Below, in pieces: positions 61,469-62,692 of a DNA stretch of 62,692 bases. The DNA comes from Macrostomum lignano. Its lineage: Eukaryota. Location: the NCBI GenBank assembly GCA_002269645.1, contig NIVC01001436.1, forward strand, positions 1 through 62,692. The letters are read 5' to 3'. Within the stretch, counting starts at the first letter, position 1; the number at the start of each line of letters is the position of its first letter. The position numbers were made by a program, and so were the translations under genes. The notes beneath the pieces are model-generated. The model was not told the DNA's origin and ran no database searches. It saw nothing but the letters and a program-made list of their open reading frames with translations.

Positions 61469-62692
61469 GTGAGTTGGGTCTGTCTGGCCCTAGCGACACA
61501 ATATTTTTAGACTCTGCACCCCGATTGGATCGAAATCAGCCAGCCAAGAGACTTTAAGAGACTGGATGAAGCTGGTGGAGATTGGCGGCCCACTCCACAG
61601 GCTGCCGGGTCGAGTGGCTTGGAGGTCTCGGCTAGGGATTTTAATTAATGCCATAAAAGCCAGTGTTGGACTCTTATATATAAGAGAGAGAAAAAGTGAA
61701 GGCGCGATGGTAAGACTGTGTCAAGAGCGGTCCCACTTTCACCGCTTCGGAATTGGATAAGAAGGCCGGCCGGCCAGAAGATTCTAATTTAACCAAAAAT
61801 GTGCCCTTCCCTCAGCTTAGAGACAGTGGAAGAATGGCGACATGCTTGAAGAAGAGGAGAAAGAGGAGAATGAACTCTTCAAAACGAGTTCGCCAAGAGG
61901 AAAAGTGTGACCGCTTAGCAAACTCGAGTGACGGTCGAGTTCGGGCACTTGAGACGCGACCGGTCATGCGCTTAAAATGTCTAAATGAGCTCTTGAAAAT
62001 TGATTGACACTTCTCTAGCTGTGCATTTGAGATTGAGCAAATCATGATGACGCTCTTGTGCCGTTCTGTCTTCTAATTGTGTCTGATTTTTCCGGCTCAG
62101 AACAAGAGAGTAGAGTCCTGACAGTTGACGCAGCGGGGTTTGGGGGGGGATAGCTCAGCTGATCCGTGATGAGTTGCCAGGGGCAGGAGGAGTTCAACTG
62201 ATTAGCGGCTACAGCTGACTGATAGGTCACGCGACCCGCTGTTTGGGATATTTGAGGATAATATGCGATATGAATGCATGGGGCAGAAATAGAAGCTAGA
62301 GAGGAGCACTGTACAGACTGCGGATTGAATGTTGGATGCTGGATATGCGGGCGGTCGATATTGCATCGTTGGCACTGGCGCAGGGGGGGGGGGGGCAAGG
62401 AGGGTTGCAGTCCACCCTGAAACTGACACTTATTGACGGACTCCGGTGCGTGCTCCCCATCCGCATCGGGCCAGCGAATTCACTTCCCTCTATTACGTAA
62501 TCAAAGCAGCTGATGAAGCTTCAGCTCATTTTTGTGTGCATGTGTTTTTTTTAACTCGGAGAAGTTTTATTATCTTTAGCAGCGCTGAGATCTCTTGCCA
62601 GCATTGGGATGCCAGTCAGTGGAGTTATTAAATATACTCAACAACATTAAATAGTCGCCACCTTTGACAGTGCGCAGTAAATTCTAGCTCAG

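Overview
This is animal nuclear DNA with GC3-rich exons, GT-AG introns and AT-rich, minisatellite-laden non-coding DNA. The style suggests a repeat-rich flatworm such as Macrostomum, but that is inference only. I see no prokaryotic operons, rRNA, true tRNA genes or CRISPR arrays. Five spliced genes could be assembled by hand with consistent intron phases: (1) an SLC6 Na+/Cl- amino-acid-type transporter (minus, 8 coding exons, 10471->1092); (2) a divergent rhodopsin-like GPCR (plus, 3 exons, 18831->21454); (3) a BICD-related coiled-coil dynein adaptor (plus, 6 exons, 27496->34498); (4) an Iroquois (Irx) TALE homeobox gene (minus, 3 exons, 47126->43486); (5) a secreted N-formylglutamate-amidohydrolase-like protein (minus, 3 exons, 52849->50150). 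A probable signal-peptide exon of a sixth gene lies at 61390-61468. Nearly all long ORFs in the supplied track are artefacts of about 40 tandem arrays, and 15 of the 18 inferred introns carry one. The most unusual region is ~38.3-40.4 kb. A 1.85-kb segment bounded by 144-bp inverted repeats carries the catalytic C-terminus of a tyrosine recombinase (HxxR...GH-x8-Y, restored by a putative GC-AG intron) and a divergent HTH ORF. It also holds a perfect 15-bp palindrome and, counting the adjacent mini-element at 38335-38462, seven CCATAGAC motifs, which points to a Crypton-like or unclassified recombinase-based mobile element. Array boundaries are approximate and all assignments are by eye, without database searches.
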